Numbered from the stretch's first letter, positions 47,314 to 57,928 are shown. The stretch is DNA of 64,000 bases from Acidobacteriota bacterium (GCA_965209055.1 OZ242374.1:2560001-2624000); one strand, 5' to 3'. Notes: generated from the sequence alone by a model not told the origin. Numbers and translations are program-made.

Positions 47314-48953
47314 AGCTGATACTACACATCTTTCGCAAGGACTTTCGTCACCTTCGTCTCTACCTGGCCGGTTGGTTGGGATTGTTGATATCTGTGTGCC
47401 TCTTCGTCCGTCTCGGGTGGGGCCTTGGTCTGGGTTGGATCGCTGTCATTGGAGTGCTGAAGGTCGCATTGTTGGCGTTGATCGTTTCCAATCTGGTTCA
47501 GGAAGACTCTCCCGTGGGAAGCACCTCATTCTGGCTGAGTCGGCCTGTTTCCGGTCGGCAGTTGCTGGCCGCCAAGTCGGTCGTTTTGGCGGTGACATTG
47601 ATAATTCCGGCACTTCTGGTCGAGGTTATGTTTCTCCTCTTCAATGGAGTTACCGCGCACGACACCCTCCGTTCAATCCCCGAGACACTGATCTACACGC
47701 TCTTCGCTATTGCAATCCTCATGATGCTAGCCGTTTTGACACGCAGTCTCTCCCAGATGGTGGCGTTGGGTCTCTTTTTTTCGGTTTCCATGATTGTTTT
47801 CCTGCTGGTGAGAGCGGACATATTTTTCCCTGGGATTCGATTGGACATCGATCCTTTAACCTCGATGACCCTGAGGAGTTCGAAGTGGATTGGGTTTTTT
47901 CTAATCCTTCTGACAATGGCGGCAATCGTGGTCTGCCTCCAATATCTGACTCGGCGGAGGAAGCTCAATGCCATCCTCGCGCTGGCAGGTCTGCTTCCAT
48001 GCATCCTGACTGTTGAAATGTGGACTTGGGATTTCGTGGCTGCGTTACGACGACCAGAACGGACTGTCGTTGACCCCGAAAAGTTGGTGGCTAGGATCGA
48101 CGAACAGAGTCTGAAGTTTTTTTCCAACGCCTCTGTGCCTTCGCGAGATAGACGAATGGTTCTCCACGGGACCATCGTGACCGAGAATCATCCTGACGAT
48201 CTGATGGTTGTACCGTTGCAGGTCGGTTCCAAGGTGTCATTTGGTCCCATAGGTCCTGGGCATCGTGGGCATTGGGAGCGCGATGTCAACGAGTACGAAG
48301 ACCGGCAACTAGACGACATGGATTTTGACTATTGGGACTCGGAATTGGACGACGGACGAATCGAGGCTTTTGAACAAGCCTTAGGGGGCGTGCGCCTATT
48401 GGCCGACAAATACAGAATTGAAACCGGGTACTATCCCAAGTTTTTGGAAATTTCCCAAACAGACTATGAAAGTGACGCGGCAAGCAACGGCAGGTTCTCG
48501 GCGGAGGTAGATTTTCTAATTCAACGGATTGAGATCGTGCCGTTACCGATGGAAATAGGGGCTCGGTACCGCCGGGGTTCAGATCACGCCGAAATTCTCA
48601 AGGTAACTCCTGACGGGATGATGATGTGGATCGAACTGAAGGAGTCCCGCCACAGGTTGTTGTCTAAACAACCACGAAAACGATGGTACGTCTTGCGCAA
48701 CCGCTCTCGTGGGGAGGCACTGCTAGGGGACGGAGTGAACTCCAATTCCTTCGGTGTGGCCCGTTTTGTCCTCCCCACGGTGAGCTTCAATCATTTGCGA
48801 CTACATTTCAATCTGCCTTTGCAGAATCCGTCATATGGTCCCGAATGGTTCGAGGGTGCAGAGCTCTTGAGAATCGACATGACGTATCTCGGCGTCGTTT
48901 CCAAGTCGCTTCGAATAGAAAACTTCGTTATGAATCGCATACCCGGTCCGTAG
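47310..48953 (+). CDS. ABC-2-type permease-like protein with large C-terminal extracytoplasmic domain, paralog 1
   Basis: ATGA overlap; FRKDFRHLR, FWLSRPVS...LLAAK; about 7 TM segments. Confidence 0.8.
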   Translation: MKLILHIFRKDFRHLRLYLAGWLGLLISVCLFVRLGWGLGLGWIAVIGVLKVALLALIVSNLVQEDSPVGSTSFWLSRPVSGRQLLAAKSVVLAVTLIIPALLVEVMFLLFNGVTAHDTLRSIPETLIYTLFAIAILMMLAVLTRSLSQMVALGLFFSVSMIVFLLVRADIFFPGIRLDIDPLTSMTLRSSKWIGFFLILLTMAAIVVCLQYLTRRRKLNAILALAGLLPCILTVEMWTWDFVAALRRPERTVVDPEKLVARIDEQSLKFFSNASVPSRDRRMVLHGTIVTENHPDDLMVVPLQVGSKVSFGPIGPGHRGHWERDVNEYEDRQLDDMDFDYWDSELDDGRIEAFEQALGGVRLLADKYRIETGYYPKFLEISQTDYESDAASNGRFSAEVDFLIQRIEIVPLPMEIGARYRRGSDHAEILKVTPDGMMMWIELKESRHRLLSKQPRKRWYVLRNRSRGEALLGDGVNSNSFGVARFVLPTVSFNHLRLHFNLPLQNPSYGPEWFEGAELLRIDMTYLGVVSKSLRIENFVMNRIPGP

Positions 48954-49066
48954 GAAACTCCGCGATTGGTCCCGGTGAATCCTTCCGGAATTGTGACCCC
49001 AATGGCCTTGGAACCAGACATTCACCCATTGGTTGGGAGCCGCCGGAATCGCGGCGAGGAGGCGAG

Positions 49067-50728
49067 ATGAATATGGTGGTGCACCTCATTCGCAAGGACT
49101 TTCAGCATCTCCGCTTCTATCTGGCCGGATGGCTCGCTCTGGTGATCCTGCGCGCGGCCGTGATCGGGTACGGGCCGCTTGATCCCAGCATCTGGAACTT
49201 CAGTTCATTCAACTATTTCGAGAGTTTGGCCTGGTTTCCGCAGATCTGTTTGCTGGCAATCATGATCGCGCGCCTGGTGCATGACGACTCCCTGGTCGGC
49301 AGCACCGCTTTCTGGTTGGATCGGCCGATTACCGGTCGCCAGCTTCTGTTGGGCAAATTGTCGTTTCTCGGCCTTGCCGTGATGCTACCGCTCTTCGTAG
49401 TCGAACTCCTGCTCCTCGGTTTCCACGGCGTGACTCTACCGGACGTCATTCGCTCGATTCCGCAGATTCTGGCCCTTGAACTCCTTCTGACTTCGGTGCT
49501 GTTGATGCTTGCCGCCGTAACGCGGAAGTTGGTTCACGTGGCCCTATTGGGTCTGCTTGGTCCGATCGTTTGGATGTTGTTCTACAATTTTTCGCGCAAT
49601 CTCTTCTTCGAACACGTTGACCTCAGCGACGCTTTCGGCATCTCGCTGGCGACATCACGGGAAATCGCATTCATGCTGAGCCATCTTGCCGTCGCTGGAT
49701 TCGTGGTCGGCCATCAGTATCTGACTCGACGGACGGCGAGGAGCGCCACCTTGGCCTGCTCCGGACTCCTGGCCGTAGGTTTGGTGGCAGTGATCTGGAG
49801 TTGGGATTTCGTGGCGTCGGCCCAACGATTGGACCGGAGGGTCGTCGATCCGGAACAGTTGACGCTCCGGATCGAGGAGGGAAGCCTGCGTTTCTTTCGA
49901 CGCGTGCGGTCCCAACCATTGAGACGAAGTATGGTCCTGAACGGAAACATTGCGCTGGAGGGCTTGCCGACGGGTGTTTTGGCGGTTCCCGAGCAGGTCA
50001 TCTCACAGGTTTCATTCGGGTCAACGGAAGAGGCGTTTTCCAGCCGACACGGTCACCCGTACGCAATCGAAGGTGACGGCTTCTGGTGGCGATTCAATCA
50101 TCCGCCCAGATTGCATGAAGAGAGAGCCAATATCCTCTCGGCTGCTTTGGGCGGCGTCGACTTTCTGGACGGCGGAAGAAGGCCGATTCTCGAATACCTG
50201 CCCGAGTTGTTGTCTATCGACGAGGAGTCCTACGATCTCCACGGTGGGACTCGGTCCGATCTTACGGTCAAGGTCGGCTTTCTGGTTCAAAGGAACGATA
50301 TCGCGACCTTCCCGTTGGAGCATGGCGCCCGCTACGACAGGGGATCGGACCACGTCGAGATCCTCGGTGTGACCACGAACAAGAACAGCCTGAGGATCGA
50401 ACTGAAAGAGTCGCGTCATCGCCTGATCCAGGACCGGATGAAAAGCCGGTGGTACCTGCTCCGCAACCGGGCTAAGCGGCAGGCGGTTCTGAGCGAAGGA
50501 TCGATTGCCTTTGCCATTCTGACCCCTCCTCTGGGGCCACTTTTGTTTCCCATGCTGGGAATCAGCCATTCGAGTCTGTATTTTCAGTTGCCTTCCACCG
50601 ACTCTCCCGTGGACCCGGACTGGATTGACGACGCCGAGCTCGTCCGGATCGAGACCAGGAACCTGGGCCGTTTCTCCAAGACGATCCGAATGGAGAACCT
50701 CGTCCTGCAAGACATCCCCGGTCCCTGA
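49067..50728 (+). CDS. ABC-2-type permease-like protein, paralog 2
   Basis: RBS GAGGAGG; IRKDFQHLR, FWLDRPIT...LLLGK; same IPGP C-terminus as paralog 1. Confidence 0.8.
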   Translation: MNMVVHLIRKDFQHLRFYLAGWLALVILRAAVIGYGPLDPSIWNFSSFNYFESLAWFPQICLLAIMIARLVHDDSLVGSTAFWLDRPITGRQLLLGKLSFLGLAVMLPLFVVELLLLGFHGVTLPDVIRSIPQILALELLLTSVLLMLAAVTRKLVHVALLGLLGPIVWMLFYNFSRNLFFEHVDLSDAFGISLATSREIAFMLSHLAVAGFVVGHQYLTRRTARSATLACSGLLAVGLVAVIWSWDFVASAQRLDRRVVDPEQLTLRIEEGSLRFFRRVRSQPLRRSMVLNGNIALEGLPTGVLAVPEQVISQVSFGSTEEAFSSRHGHPYAIEGDGFWWRFNHPPRLHEERANILSAALGGVDFLDGGRRPILEYLPELLSIDEESYDLHGGTRSDLTVKVGFLVQRNDIATFPLEHGARYDRGSDHVEILGVTTNKNSLRIELKESRHRLIQDRMKSRWYLLRNRAKRQAVLSEGSIAFAILTPPLGPLLFPMLGISHSSLYFQLPSTDSPVDPDWIDDAELVRIETRNLGRFSKTIRMENLVLQDIPGP

Positions 50729-50790
50729 CCGGCTCCGCTGTTGATTCCGGCATTCTCGGCTGCTATCAATCTCGCAAGGAGGGAGCGCTG

Positions 50791-52347
50791 ATGAAACCCG
50801 GATCAGGCCAGAAAAATCCCCACGACCAGTTGGACCGACGCCGATTCATCCAGACTAGTGCCGTCTCCGCCGTGACGGCGGCTGCGGCCTGCGCTGGGCC
50901 TGGAGGGAAATCCTCCGGGACTGCAACGGCCATCGAGCTGGAGAACCGGAAGCCGGGCACCCGGGAATGGCAATTGACCCGGGTCTGGGTCGACCGCGGA
51001 AAGTACCGAAGCGCCCGCATCGAGGGGTACTGCTCCCACCAGTCCATCGAGGCCGGCGACACCCTCTCCCTATTCGTCAGCGCCGAACCCGCCAGCCCCT
51101 TCCGCGTGGACTTCTACCGGTTGGGCTACTACGGCGGCCACGGCGGACGCCTGATGAGTTCGGCGGGGCCGCTGGAGGGCACGCCCCAACCCCTCCCCGA
51201 GGTCGGTCCCAACCGCTTGCGCGAGTGCCGGTGGGAACCGAGCCTCGAGTTCACGATTCCCGAGGACTGGACCAGCGGAGTCTACCTGGGCAAGCTCACC
51301 ACGCTCCCGGCGGGAAATGCGCCCTACTGGCAGAGCTACGTGATCTTCATCGTCCGGGACCGGAGGCCGGCGCACCTTCTCTTCCAGTGCTCGGACAACA
51401 CCTGGCAGGCCTACAACCGCTGGCCCGACGACTACTCACTCTACACCCACCCCGAGGGGGCCCATCATCCCGGCGTGGCGGGCAGCTTCGATCGGCCCTA
51501 CGCCAAGTTTTCCATGTTCGCGGACTTCCCCCTGTCGGTAGGCACGGGGGAGTTCCTGCTCTGGGAGTATCCCCTCTGCTACTGGTTGGAACGGGAGGGG
51601 CTGGATGTCACCTATTGCAGCAACGCCGACGTGCTGGACTCCTCGTTCGTGACCCGTTGCCGGGCCTTCGTCAGCGTCGGACACGACGAGTATTGGGATA
51701 TTCGTCAGTACCGGGCCATCGAGGCTGCCATCGGAGAAGGGGTCAACGTCCTCTGGCTCAGCGCCAACGACGTCTACATGGTCAGTCCCTTCACGCCTTC
51801 CTCGACCGGCGTCCCCAACCGGATCATCACCCGGCTCCACAGCTACGGCCCGTTGCGTCCCGAAGAGATCGAGAGATATTCGGAGATTCTGGGGCCCTTC
51901 GAGGGGGCCGGCCCGGACGAGCGGAACATCATCGGAGCCCGCACCGTGGTGCCCTTCAACGGATCGGGCGACTGGATCTGCACGACTCCCGATCACTGGA
52001 TCTTCGAAGGGACCGGGATGGCGAAGGGGGACTTCATTCCCGGTCTGGTGGGCTGGGAATTTCACGGCGACCCCGACCTGGAACGCGAGGGCCTGGAGGT
52101 CGTAGGCCAGGGGACCGTCTGGACCCATGGGGTAACTCCCGGCGAGTGGGCCGCAACCATCTTCCCCGGTCCCAAGGGGAACTTCGTCTTCAACGCCTCC
52201 ACCATCTTCTGGGCCCAGGGTCTGGACTCTCCGCCCGGGCACACTGTGCCCTGGACCCATTTCACCCGGCCCCTCGGGCCCGACCCGAGGGTTCAGCGCA
52301 TCACCCGCAACCTCATCGACAGAGCCGCCGCTCCCAATCCGGCCTGA
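50791..52347 (+). CDS. N,N-dimethylformamidase beta-subunit-like (DUF6605) Tat lipoprotein
   Basis: DRRRFI; IELENRKPG, FYRLGYYGG.GGR, W.SGVYL.KL, TWQAYNRW, SFDRPY, SVGHDEYW. Confidence 0.75.
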   Translation: MKPGSGQKNPHDQLDRRRFIQTSAVSAVTAAAACAGPGGKSSGTATAIELENRKPGTREWQLTRVWVDRGKYRSARIEGYCSHQSIEAGDTLSLFVSAEPASPFRVDFYRLGYYGGHGGRLMSSAGPLEGTPQPLPEVGPNRLRECRWEPSLEFTIPEDWTSGVYLGKLTTLPAGNAPYWQSYVIFIVRDRRPAHLLFQCSDNTWQAYNRWPDDYSLYTHPEGAHHPGVAGSFDRPYAKFSMFADFPLSVGTGEFLLWEYPLCYWLEREGLDVTYCSNADVLDSSFVTRCRAFVSVGHDEYWDIRQYRAIEAAIGEGVNVLWLSANDVYMVSPFTPSSTGVPNRIITRLHSYGPLRPEEIERYSEILGPFEGAGPDERNIIGARTVVPFNGSGDWICTTPDHWIFEGTGMAKGDFIPGLVGWEFHGDPDLEREGLEVVGQGTVWTHGVTPGEWAATIFPGPKGNFVFNASTIFWAQGLDSPPGHTVPWTHFTRPLGPDPRVQRITRNLIDRAAAPNPA

Positions 52348-52364
52348 GGGAACGACCCATCGCC

Positions 52365-53270
52365 ATGAGCCTGACGTTGCTGGTGCTGGCTGCGGGGATG
52401 GGAAGCCGCTACGGGGGCCTCAAGCAGATCGACCCGGTGGGACCCGGCGGGGAGACGCTGCTGGACTATTCCGTCTACGACGCCGTCCGCGCCGGCTTCG
52501 ATCGGGTGGTCTTCATCGTGCGCGGGGATATGGAGTCCGATTTCCGGTCTGCGGCGGGGAGCAAGATCGAGCAGCAGGTTCCGGTGGAATACTGCCGCCA
52601 GGAGTTGGAAATGGTTCCCGGGTGGTTCTCCATTCCGCCCGGGCGCCGCAAGCCCTGGGGCACGGGCCATGCCGTATGGGCGGCCCGGGACGCCATCGAC
52701 GGCAACTTCGCCGCCGTCAACGCCGACGACTTCTACGGCGCCGGCTCCTACCGGAAGCTGGCGGTCCACCTCCAGCAGGCGGCGGACGGCCGCCGGGGAG
52801 ACTACGGAATGGTGGGATTCCGGCTGCGCGAGACGCTCTCGGATCACGGCACGGTGGCCCGGGGGGTCTGCCGCAGCCGTCAGGGCCTTCTGGAGCAGGT
52901 CGTCGAGCTGACCCGTATCGCCAGGACCGGTGACGGGGCCGTTCATTCCGATCCGCAGGGACGGGCCCACAACCTCTCCGGAGACGAGTTGGTCTCCATG
53001 AACATGTGGGGTTTCACTCCCAGCATCTTCGACCATCTTGAACGGGCCTTCGCCCGCTTCCTGCGAGAGCGGGGCGGGGAAGACGGAGCCGAGTTCATGA
53101 TCCCCACCCTGGTCAACGACCTCGTCGCCGCCGGCCAGGCGAGGGTCCGGGTGCTCCGGTCCTCCGATTCCTGGTTCGGGGTCACCTACCGGGAGGACCG
53201 AAAACGCGTGACGAGTCAGATTCGGGATCTGGTGCGCCGTGGATCCTATCCGACTCCCCTTTGGCAATAA
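52365..53270 (+). CDS. Sugar-phosphate nucleotidyltransferase family protein
   Basis: LAAGMGSRYGGLKQ, KPWGTGHA, NADDFYG, VSMNMWGF, WFGVTY. Confidence 0.9.
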   Translation: MSLTLLVLAAGMGSRYGGLKQIDPVGPGGETLLDYSVYDAVRAGFDRVVFIVRGDMESDFRSAAGSKIEQQVPVEYCRQELEMVPGWFSIPPGRRKPWGTGHAVWAARDAIDGNFAAVNADDFYGAGSYRKLAVHLQQAADGRRGDYGMVGFRLRETLSDHGTVARGVCRSRQGLLEQVVELTRIARTGDGAVHSDPQGRAHNLSGDELVSMNMWGFTPSIFDHLERAFARFLRERGGEDGAEFMIPTLVNDLVAAGQARVRVLRSSDSWFGVTYREDRKRVTSQIRDLVRRGSYPTPLWQ

Positions 53271-53351
53271 TTTGTCTATTGATAGATAATAACGAGTCAG
53301 TGTTTATCATTTAAAGTAAATTCACGTGCCATTTTGGGGACGCGGCGGATG

Positions 53352-53410
53352 GCGATGCAGCGCCAGAACCGGTGCATCGCTTGACACGGATTCGGCTTCA
53401 GGGGTACCTT
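53352..53410 (+). promoter_or_regulatory. Promoter for the DUF1501/PSD1 operon with adjacent inverted repeat
   Basis: GCGATGCA-N13-TGCATCGC abutting TTGACA-18-TACCTT. Confidence 0.55.
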
Positions 53411-53441
53411 CCGGCTATCAATCTACACCGGTGGTGATTCC

Positions 53442-54920
53442 ATGCATCTACCTGAGAGTTCTCAACTTCCGGGACCCAATTCCATTTCCCGGCGGCAACT
53501 TCTGGCCCGGTCCGGGCTCGGTTTCGGCAGCATCGCCCTGGCCAGTCTCCTGGATTCCGAGAACCTCCTGGGAACTCCGGCGCTCGACAAGCCCGGGCGG
53601 CCCTACATGGACCTCAAGCCGCGGAAAGGCCACTTTCCGGGTCCGGCCAAGGCGGTGATTCAACTGGTCCAGAACGGCGGACCCAGCCAGATGGATCTCT
53701 TCGACCCCAAGCCTGAGCTCACCAGGAGAGCCGGCCAGCCCCATCCCGACGGCGTCGAGATCCACCAGCCCAACAACCTGAACATCCTCATGCCCTGCCC
53801 CTACGAGTTCAAAAAACACGGGCAGTCGGGCATGGAGATCGCGGAAGTGCTGCCCCAACTGAGCGGCGTGGCCGACGAACTCTGCATGGTCCGGTCCATG
53901 TACTCGGTGCACAACAACCATCCCGAGGGGCTCAACAACCTCCTCACCTCCCAGATCTTTCCGGGGCGTCCGGTGATGGGCTCCTGGATCAGCTACGCCC
54001 TGGGGACCGAAAACCAAAACCTTCCCGCCTACGTGGTGCTCCGGGCTCCGGAGGGGTACAGCGTCAGCGGAAAGATCCTCTGGTCCAGCGGTTGGCTGCC
54101 GGCCCTATACCAGGGGGTCGAGTTCAGCTCCATCGGAACCCCCGTGCATCACCTTCAGCAGGAGGTGCCCCTGCCGCCGGGCGTGCAGCGGCAGAGCCTC
54201 GACCTGTTGGCCCGTCTCAACCAACGGCATCTCGTCCATCACCCGGAAACGTCGGAGTTGGAAGCCCGGATCCAGAACTACGAGCTGGCGGCGAGGATGC
54301 AGTTGGCGGCGGCCGACATTTTGGATCTCTCCCGGGAGTCGGAGGCCACCCGAAAGATGTACGGCCTGGACAACCCTCTGACCGCCCCCTACGCGACCCG
54401 CTGTCTCATGGCTCGGCGCCTGGTGGAATCGGGAGTCCGGTTCGTGCAGGTCTTCTCCGGGAAGGGCCAGCCCTGGGACAGCCACGACAACCTCAAGAAC
54501 AATCTGGCCAAGATCTGCGCCAAGACGGACCAGCCGACGGCCGCACTGATCAAGGACCTCAAGAGCCGGGGTCTACTCGAGAGCACCGTCATCATGTGGG
54601 CCGGCGAGTTCGGCCGGCTCCCCACGACGCAGAACTCCGACGGGCGGGACCACAACCGCAATGCCTTCACCATCCTGTTCGCCGGTGGGGGATTCAAGCC
54701 CGGTCTGACCTACGGCGCCACCGACGAGTTCGCTTACAAGGCGGTGGAGAACCGGGTGAGTTGCCCCGACATGCAGGCCACGCTCTATCGGCTGCTGGGG
54801 ATCGACCACTCTCGCCTGACCTACCGCCACGGCGGCCGGGAGGAGACGCCCACCAACCTGGCCATCACTGGCGCCAAGGTGGTGAACGACCTCATCGAGC
54901 ACCCCCTTCCCGGAGCCTGA
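53442..54920 (+). CDS. DUF1501 family Tat protein
   Basis: SRRQLL; GGPSQMDLFDPKP, GVRFVQ, WDSH, GEFGRLP, GRDHN. Confidence 0.9.
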   Translation: MHLPESSQLPGPNSISRRQLLARSGLGFGSIALASLLDSENLLGTPALDKPGRPYMDLKPRKGHFPGPAKAVIQLVQNGGPSQMDLFDPKPELTRRAGQPHPDGVEIHQPNNLNILMPCPYEFKKHGQSGMEIAEVLPQLSGVADELCMVRSMYSVHNNHPEGLNNLLTSQIFPGRPVMGSWISYALGTENQNLPAYVVLRAPEGYSVSGKILWSSGWLPALYQGVEFSSIGTPVHHLQQEVPLPPGVQRQSLDLLARLNQRHLVHHPETSELEARIQNYELAARMQLAAADILDLSRESEATRKMYGLDNPLTAPYATRCLMARRLVESGVRFVQVFSGKGQPWDSHDNLKNNLAKICAKTDQPTAALIKDLKSRGLLESTVIMWAGEFGRLPTTQNSDGRDHNRNAFTILFAGGGFKPGLTYGATDEFAYKAVENRVSCPDMQATLYRLLGIDHSRLTYRHGGREETPTNLAITGAKVVNDLIEHPLPGA

Positions 54921-54925
54921 CCTCC

Positions 54926-57847
54926 ATGAGATCCGGACCGGTCTTGCAAGGGGCGTTGCCGCTGCGTTTCTGCGGCGTTCTGGCCGCCGCTCCTGGGCCC
55001 ACCTTCGAAAAGGACGTGCTCCCCATCTTCACGGCCCACTGCTTCGCCTGCCATGGGGGCACCTCCATGATCGGCCTGGACCTGCGCACGGCCCAGTCGG
55101 TCATGAAGGGATCTCACAACGGTCCGGTATTGGCGCCGGGCGACTCTGCCGAAAGCCTGCTCTACCAAAAAATTTCTGCCCGGGAGATGCCGCCCAAGGC
55201 CTTCACCCTGGACCTGTCCGACGCTCAGATCGAAACCATCAAGGGCTGGATCGAGGCGGGTGCGCCTCATGAGAAGGTCCAACCTCTTCTGGCCGCGGAT
55301 CAGGTGGAGCGGTTCAACCACCAGGCGCTGCCCATCTTCGAAGTCAAGTGCCTCGCCTGCCACGGTCAGGAACCCCCACCCGGAGGCCTGGATCTGAGGA
55401 CGCTGGAGGCCACCCTCAAGGGGAGTGAAAACGGACCCGTCGTCGTGGAGGGAGCCTCCGAGCTGAGCATACTGATCCGCATGGTCTCCGCCGGGAGCAT
55501 GCCCCCGCCCGGAGTCGGACCCCCCCTCACCGAAGAGGAGATCGACGGCCTTCGGGCCTGGATCGATTCCTCCCGCTTCGGACCCGATCTCATCACCGAA
55601 GAGCGGGAGACCTTCAGTCTGGCGGAGGCGCCTCCCATCACCGGGGAAGATCGGAATTTCTGGGCTTACCGCAAGCCTGTGGCCGCTCCGGTGCCTCGAG
55701 TCAAGGACCGGAAGCAGGTCCGAACTCCCATCGACGCCTTCGTCCTGGCCAGGCTGGAAGCCAAGGGTCTGGGAATTTCCCCCGAGGAGTCGCGGCCGAC
55801 ACTGATGCGCCGCGCTTATTTCGATCTCATCGGTCTGCCCCCGACCCCGGAGGAGATGGAGAAGTTTCTTTCCGATACCCGCTCGGACGCTTATGAACGC
55901 TTGGTGAACCGGCTGCTGGAGTCGCCCCACTACGGGGAGCGCTGGGGCCGCCACTGGCTGGACCTGATGGGCTATACCGACGTCACCGGATTCGACAACG
56001 ATCTTCCCATCACCAACCTCTTCGAGGGAATCTGGCGGTACCGGGACTGGGTGGTGGAGGCCCTCAATCAGGACAAGCCGTATGATCGTTTCCTGACCGA
56101 ACAACTGGCCGGTGACGAGCTGGTCGACTGGCGGTCCGCCCGGCAGTACACGCCGGAGACGGTCCGGCTCCTGACCGCCACCGGCTACATGCGCAGCAGC
56201 ATGGACCGGACCGACTCCGACATCGTCAATCTGCCGGGCGAGAGATACTCGGTCATTTTCGACATGGTCGAGCGGGTCTCCACCGGTGTCATGGCCCTCA
56301 CGGTCGGCTGCGCCCGTTGCCACTCCCACAAGTTCGATCCCATTCCCCAGCGCGACTACTACCGGCTGATGGCCGTCTTCACCCCCGCCTTCAATCCCAT
56401 GCGTTGGAAGCAGCCCAAGGACCGTTTCCTTCCCGACGTCTCCCGCGCCGACCAGAAGGACATCGAGCGGCACAACGCCGAGATCGACGCGCCTCAGAAG
56501 AAGCTGAAGGAGAAGCTGACTGCTCTGCGCAAACCTTACGAGGAGATGCTCCTGGACAAGAAGCTGGAGCCAATCTCCCATGAGATCCGCTCCGACGTGA
56601 AGACGGCGTGGCAGATGCCCGAAGAGAAGCGCGACGAGATCCAGAAGTACCTGGCGGAGAAATTCGGGACCCTGTTGGAGGTGAAGCCGGAGGAGGTGGA
56701 CAAGGCCCTCTCGGAGGAGCACAAGGCGGAGGCGGCAGGGTTTCGGAAGAAGATCGACACCCTCGAGGGGTATCGGCGGAGCTTCAACAGGATCGAGGCG
56801 CTGTTCGACGTGGGACCTCCCCCCGTGACCCGTCTGCTGCAGCGGGGAGACATCGAGTCTCCGGGACCCCGGGTCACGCCGGGGGGGTTGGCGGTCCTGA
56901 GCCCGCCCGGCGAGGAATCGATCCGGAGACCGGAAGAGACCCGGGGAGAAACCAGCGGCTACCGCCTCGGTCTGGCCAAGTGGCTGACCAGCCGCGACCA
57001 TCCCTTGACGGCCCGGGTCATGGTCAACCGGGTGTGGCACCACCTCATGGGACGGGGGATCGTGTCCACTCCCGGCAACTTCGGCCGCAACGGTTCTCCG
57101 CCCACCCATCCCGAGCTGCTGGACTGGCTGGCGGTGGACTTCATGGAAAACGGCTGGTCCGTGAAGCGGCTGATCCGAACCATCATGACCTCCAGCGTCT
57201 ACCGCCAAGCCCTGCGGCAGCCGGACGGCGCGCCCGGCGAGACGGTGGATCCCGAGAACCTGCTCCTCTGGCGCATGAACCTGAAGCGCCTGGAGGCGGA
57301 GACTCTTCGCGACGCCATCCTGGCGGCCAGCGGGAGATTGGACCGGAGTCTGGGCGGGACGCCGGCGCTGCTCGAGTTCGACGCCGCGGGCCTGCAGACC
57401 GTGGGGGGCGAAGAACCGGACACCCGGAACCCGTTGCGCCGCAGCCTCTACATTCTGGCCCGGAGGAACTACCCGCTCAATTTCCTGGAAGCCTTCGACT
57501 ATCCCAAGGTCACGGTCAACTGCACCCGCAGGGTGAACTCGGTGACGCCGATCCAGTCGCTGACGCTCATGAACGATCCGTTCGTGGTGGAGGAGGCCGG
57601 CCATCTGGCTCGGAGGGTCCGGGATCTGGCCGGCGAGAGTCCCGAAGACAGAGTCCGCATGGCCTATCTCCTGACTCTTTCACGTCAACCCAAGCCGGAG
57701 GAGGTCCGGATCGGCCGGGATCATCTGCGGAAGCAGGAACGGAACTACCGTTTTGCCAATGCCACTCCGGAGAAGGCGTCCGAGGCGGCGTTGTCCAACC
57801 TCTGCCAGACGCTGTTTGCCACGAACGAATTTCTGTATCTGGAATAA
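54926..57847 (+). CDS. PSD1/PSCyt2 (DUF1553/DUF1549) protein with two planctomycete cytochrome c domains
   Basis: CFACH, CLACH, CARCHSHKFDPI; YGERWGRHWLD; PTHPELLDWLA; NEFLYLE. Confidence 0.9.
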   Translation: MRSGPVLQGALPLRFCGVLAAAPGPTFEKDVLPIFTAHCFACHGGTSMIGLDLRTAQSVMKGSHNGPVLAPGDSAESLLYQKISAREMPPKAFTLDLSDAQIETIKGWIEAGAPHEKVQPLLAADQVERFNHQALPIFEVKCLACHGQEPPPGGLDLRTLEATLKGSENGPVVVEGASELSILIRMVSAGSMPPPGVGPPLTEEEIDGLRAWIDSSRFGPDLITEERETFSLAEAPPITGEDRNFWAYRKPVAAPVPRVKDRKQVRTPIDAFVLARLEAKGLGISPEESRPTLMRRAYFDLIGLPPTPEEMEKFLSDTRSDAYERLVNRLLESPHYGERWGRHWLDLMGYTDVTGFDNDLPITNLFEGIWRYRDWVVEALNQDKPYDRFLTEQLAGDELVDWRSARQYTPETVRLLTATGYMRSSMDRTDSDIVNLPGERYSVIFDMVERVSTGVMALTVGCARCHSHKFDPIPQRDYYRLMAVFTPAFNPMRWKQPKDRFLPDVSRADQKDIERHNAEIDAPQKKLKEKLTALRKPYEEMLLDKKLEPISHEIRSDVKTAWQMPEEKRDEIQKYLAEKFGTLLEVKPEEVDKALSEEHKAEAAGFRKKIDTLEGYRRSFNRIEALFDVGPPPVTRLLQRGDIESPGPRVTPGGLAVLSPPGEESIRRPEETRGETSGYRLGLAKWLTSRDHPLTARVMVNRVWHHLMGRGIVSTPGNFGRNGSPPTHPELLDWLAVDFMENGWSVKRLIRTIMTSSVYRQALRQPDGAPGETVDPENLLLWRMNLKRLEAETLRDAILAASGRLDRSLGGTPALLEFDAAGLQTVGGEEPDTRNPLRRSLYILARRNYPLNFLEAFDYPKVTVNCTRRVNSVTPIQSLTLMNDPFVVEEAGHLARRVRDLAGESPEDRVRMAYLLTLSRQPKPEEVRIGRDHLRKQERNYRFANATPEKASEAALSNLCQTLFATNEFLYLE

Positions 57848-57928
57848 CGGGCGACCGCCCCGCCCGGCTGACCTGCAACCCCATCCTTCGGACCCGTAGG
57901 AGAATGGCCCCGGCCGAGTCGAACCATC

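Noticed and set aside
50967-52364. 767-aa fusion upstream of the nucleotidyltransferase, and similar extensions (54092-54925, 8207-8839, 48683-49066, 24684-25028)
   Set aside because: Arg/Pro/Gly-rich off-frame or intergenic read-through, mostly overlapping real genes; better starts exist downstream
54821-57604. Long antisense ORFs (also 6059-8023, 9898-11889, 13596-15521, 35661-37736)
   Set aside because: Shadow frames expected in high-GC coding DNA; no recognisable motifs
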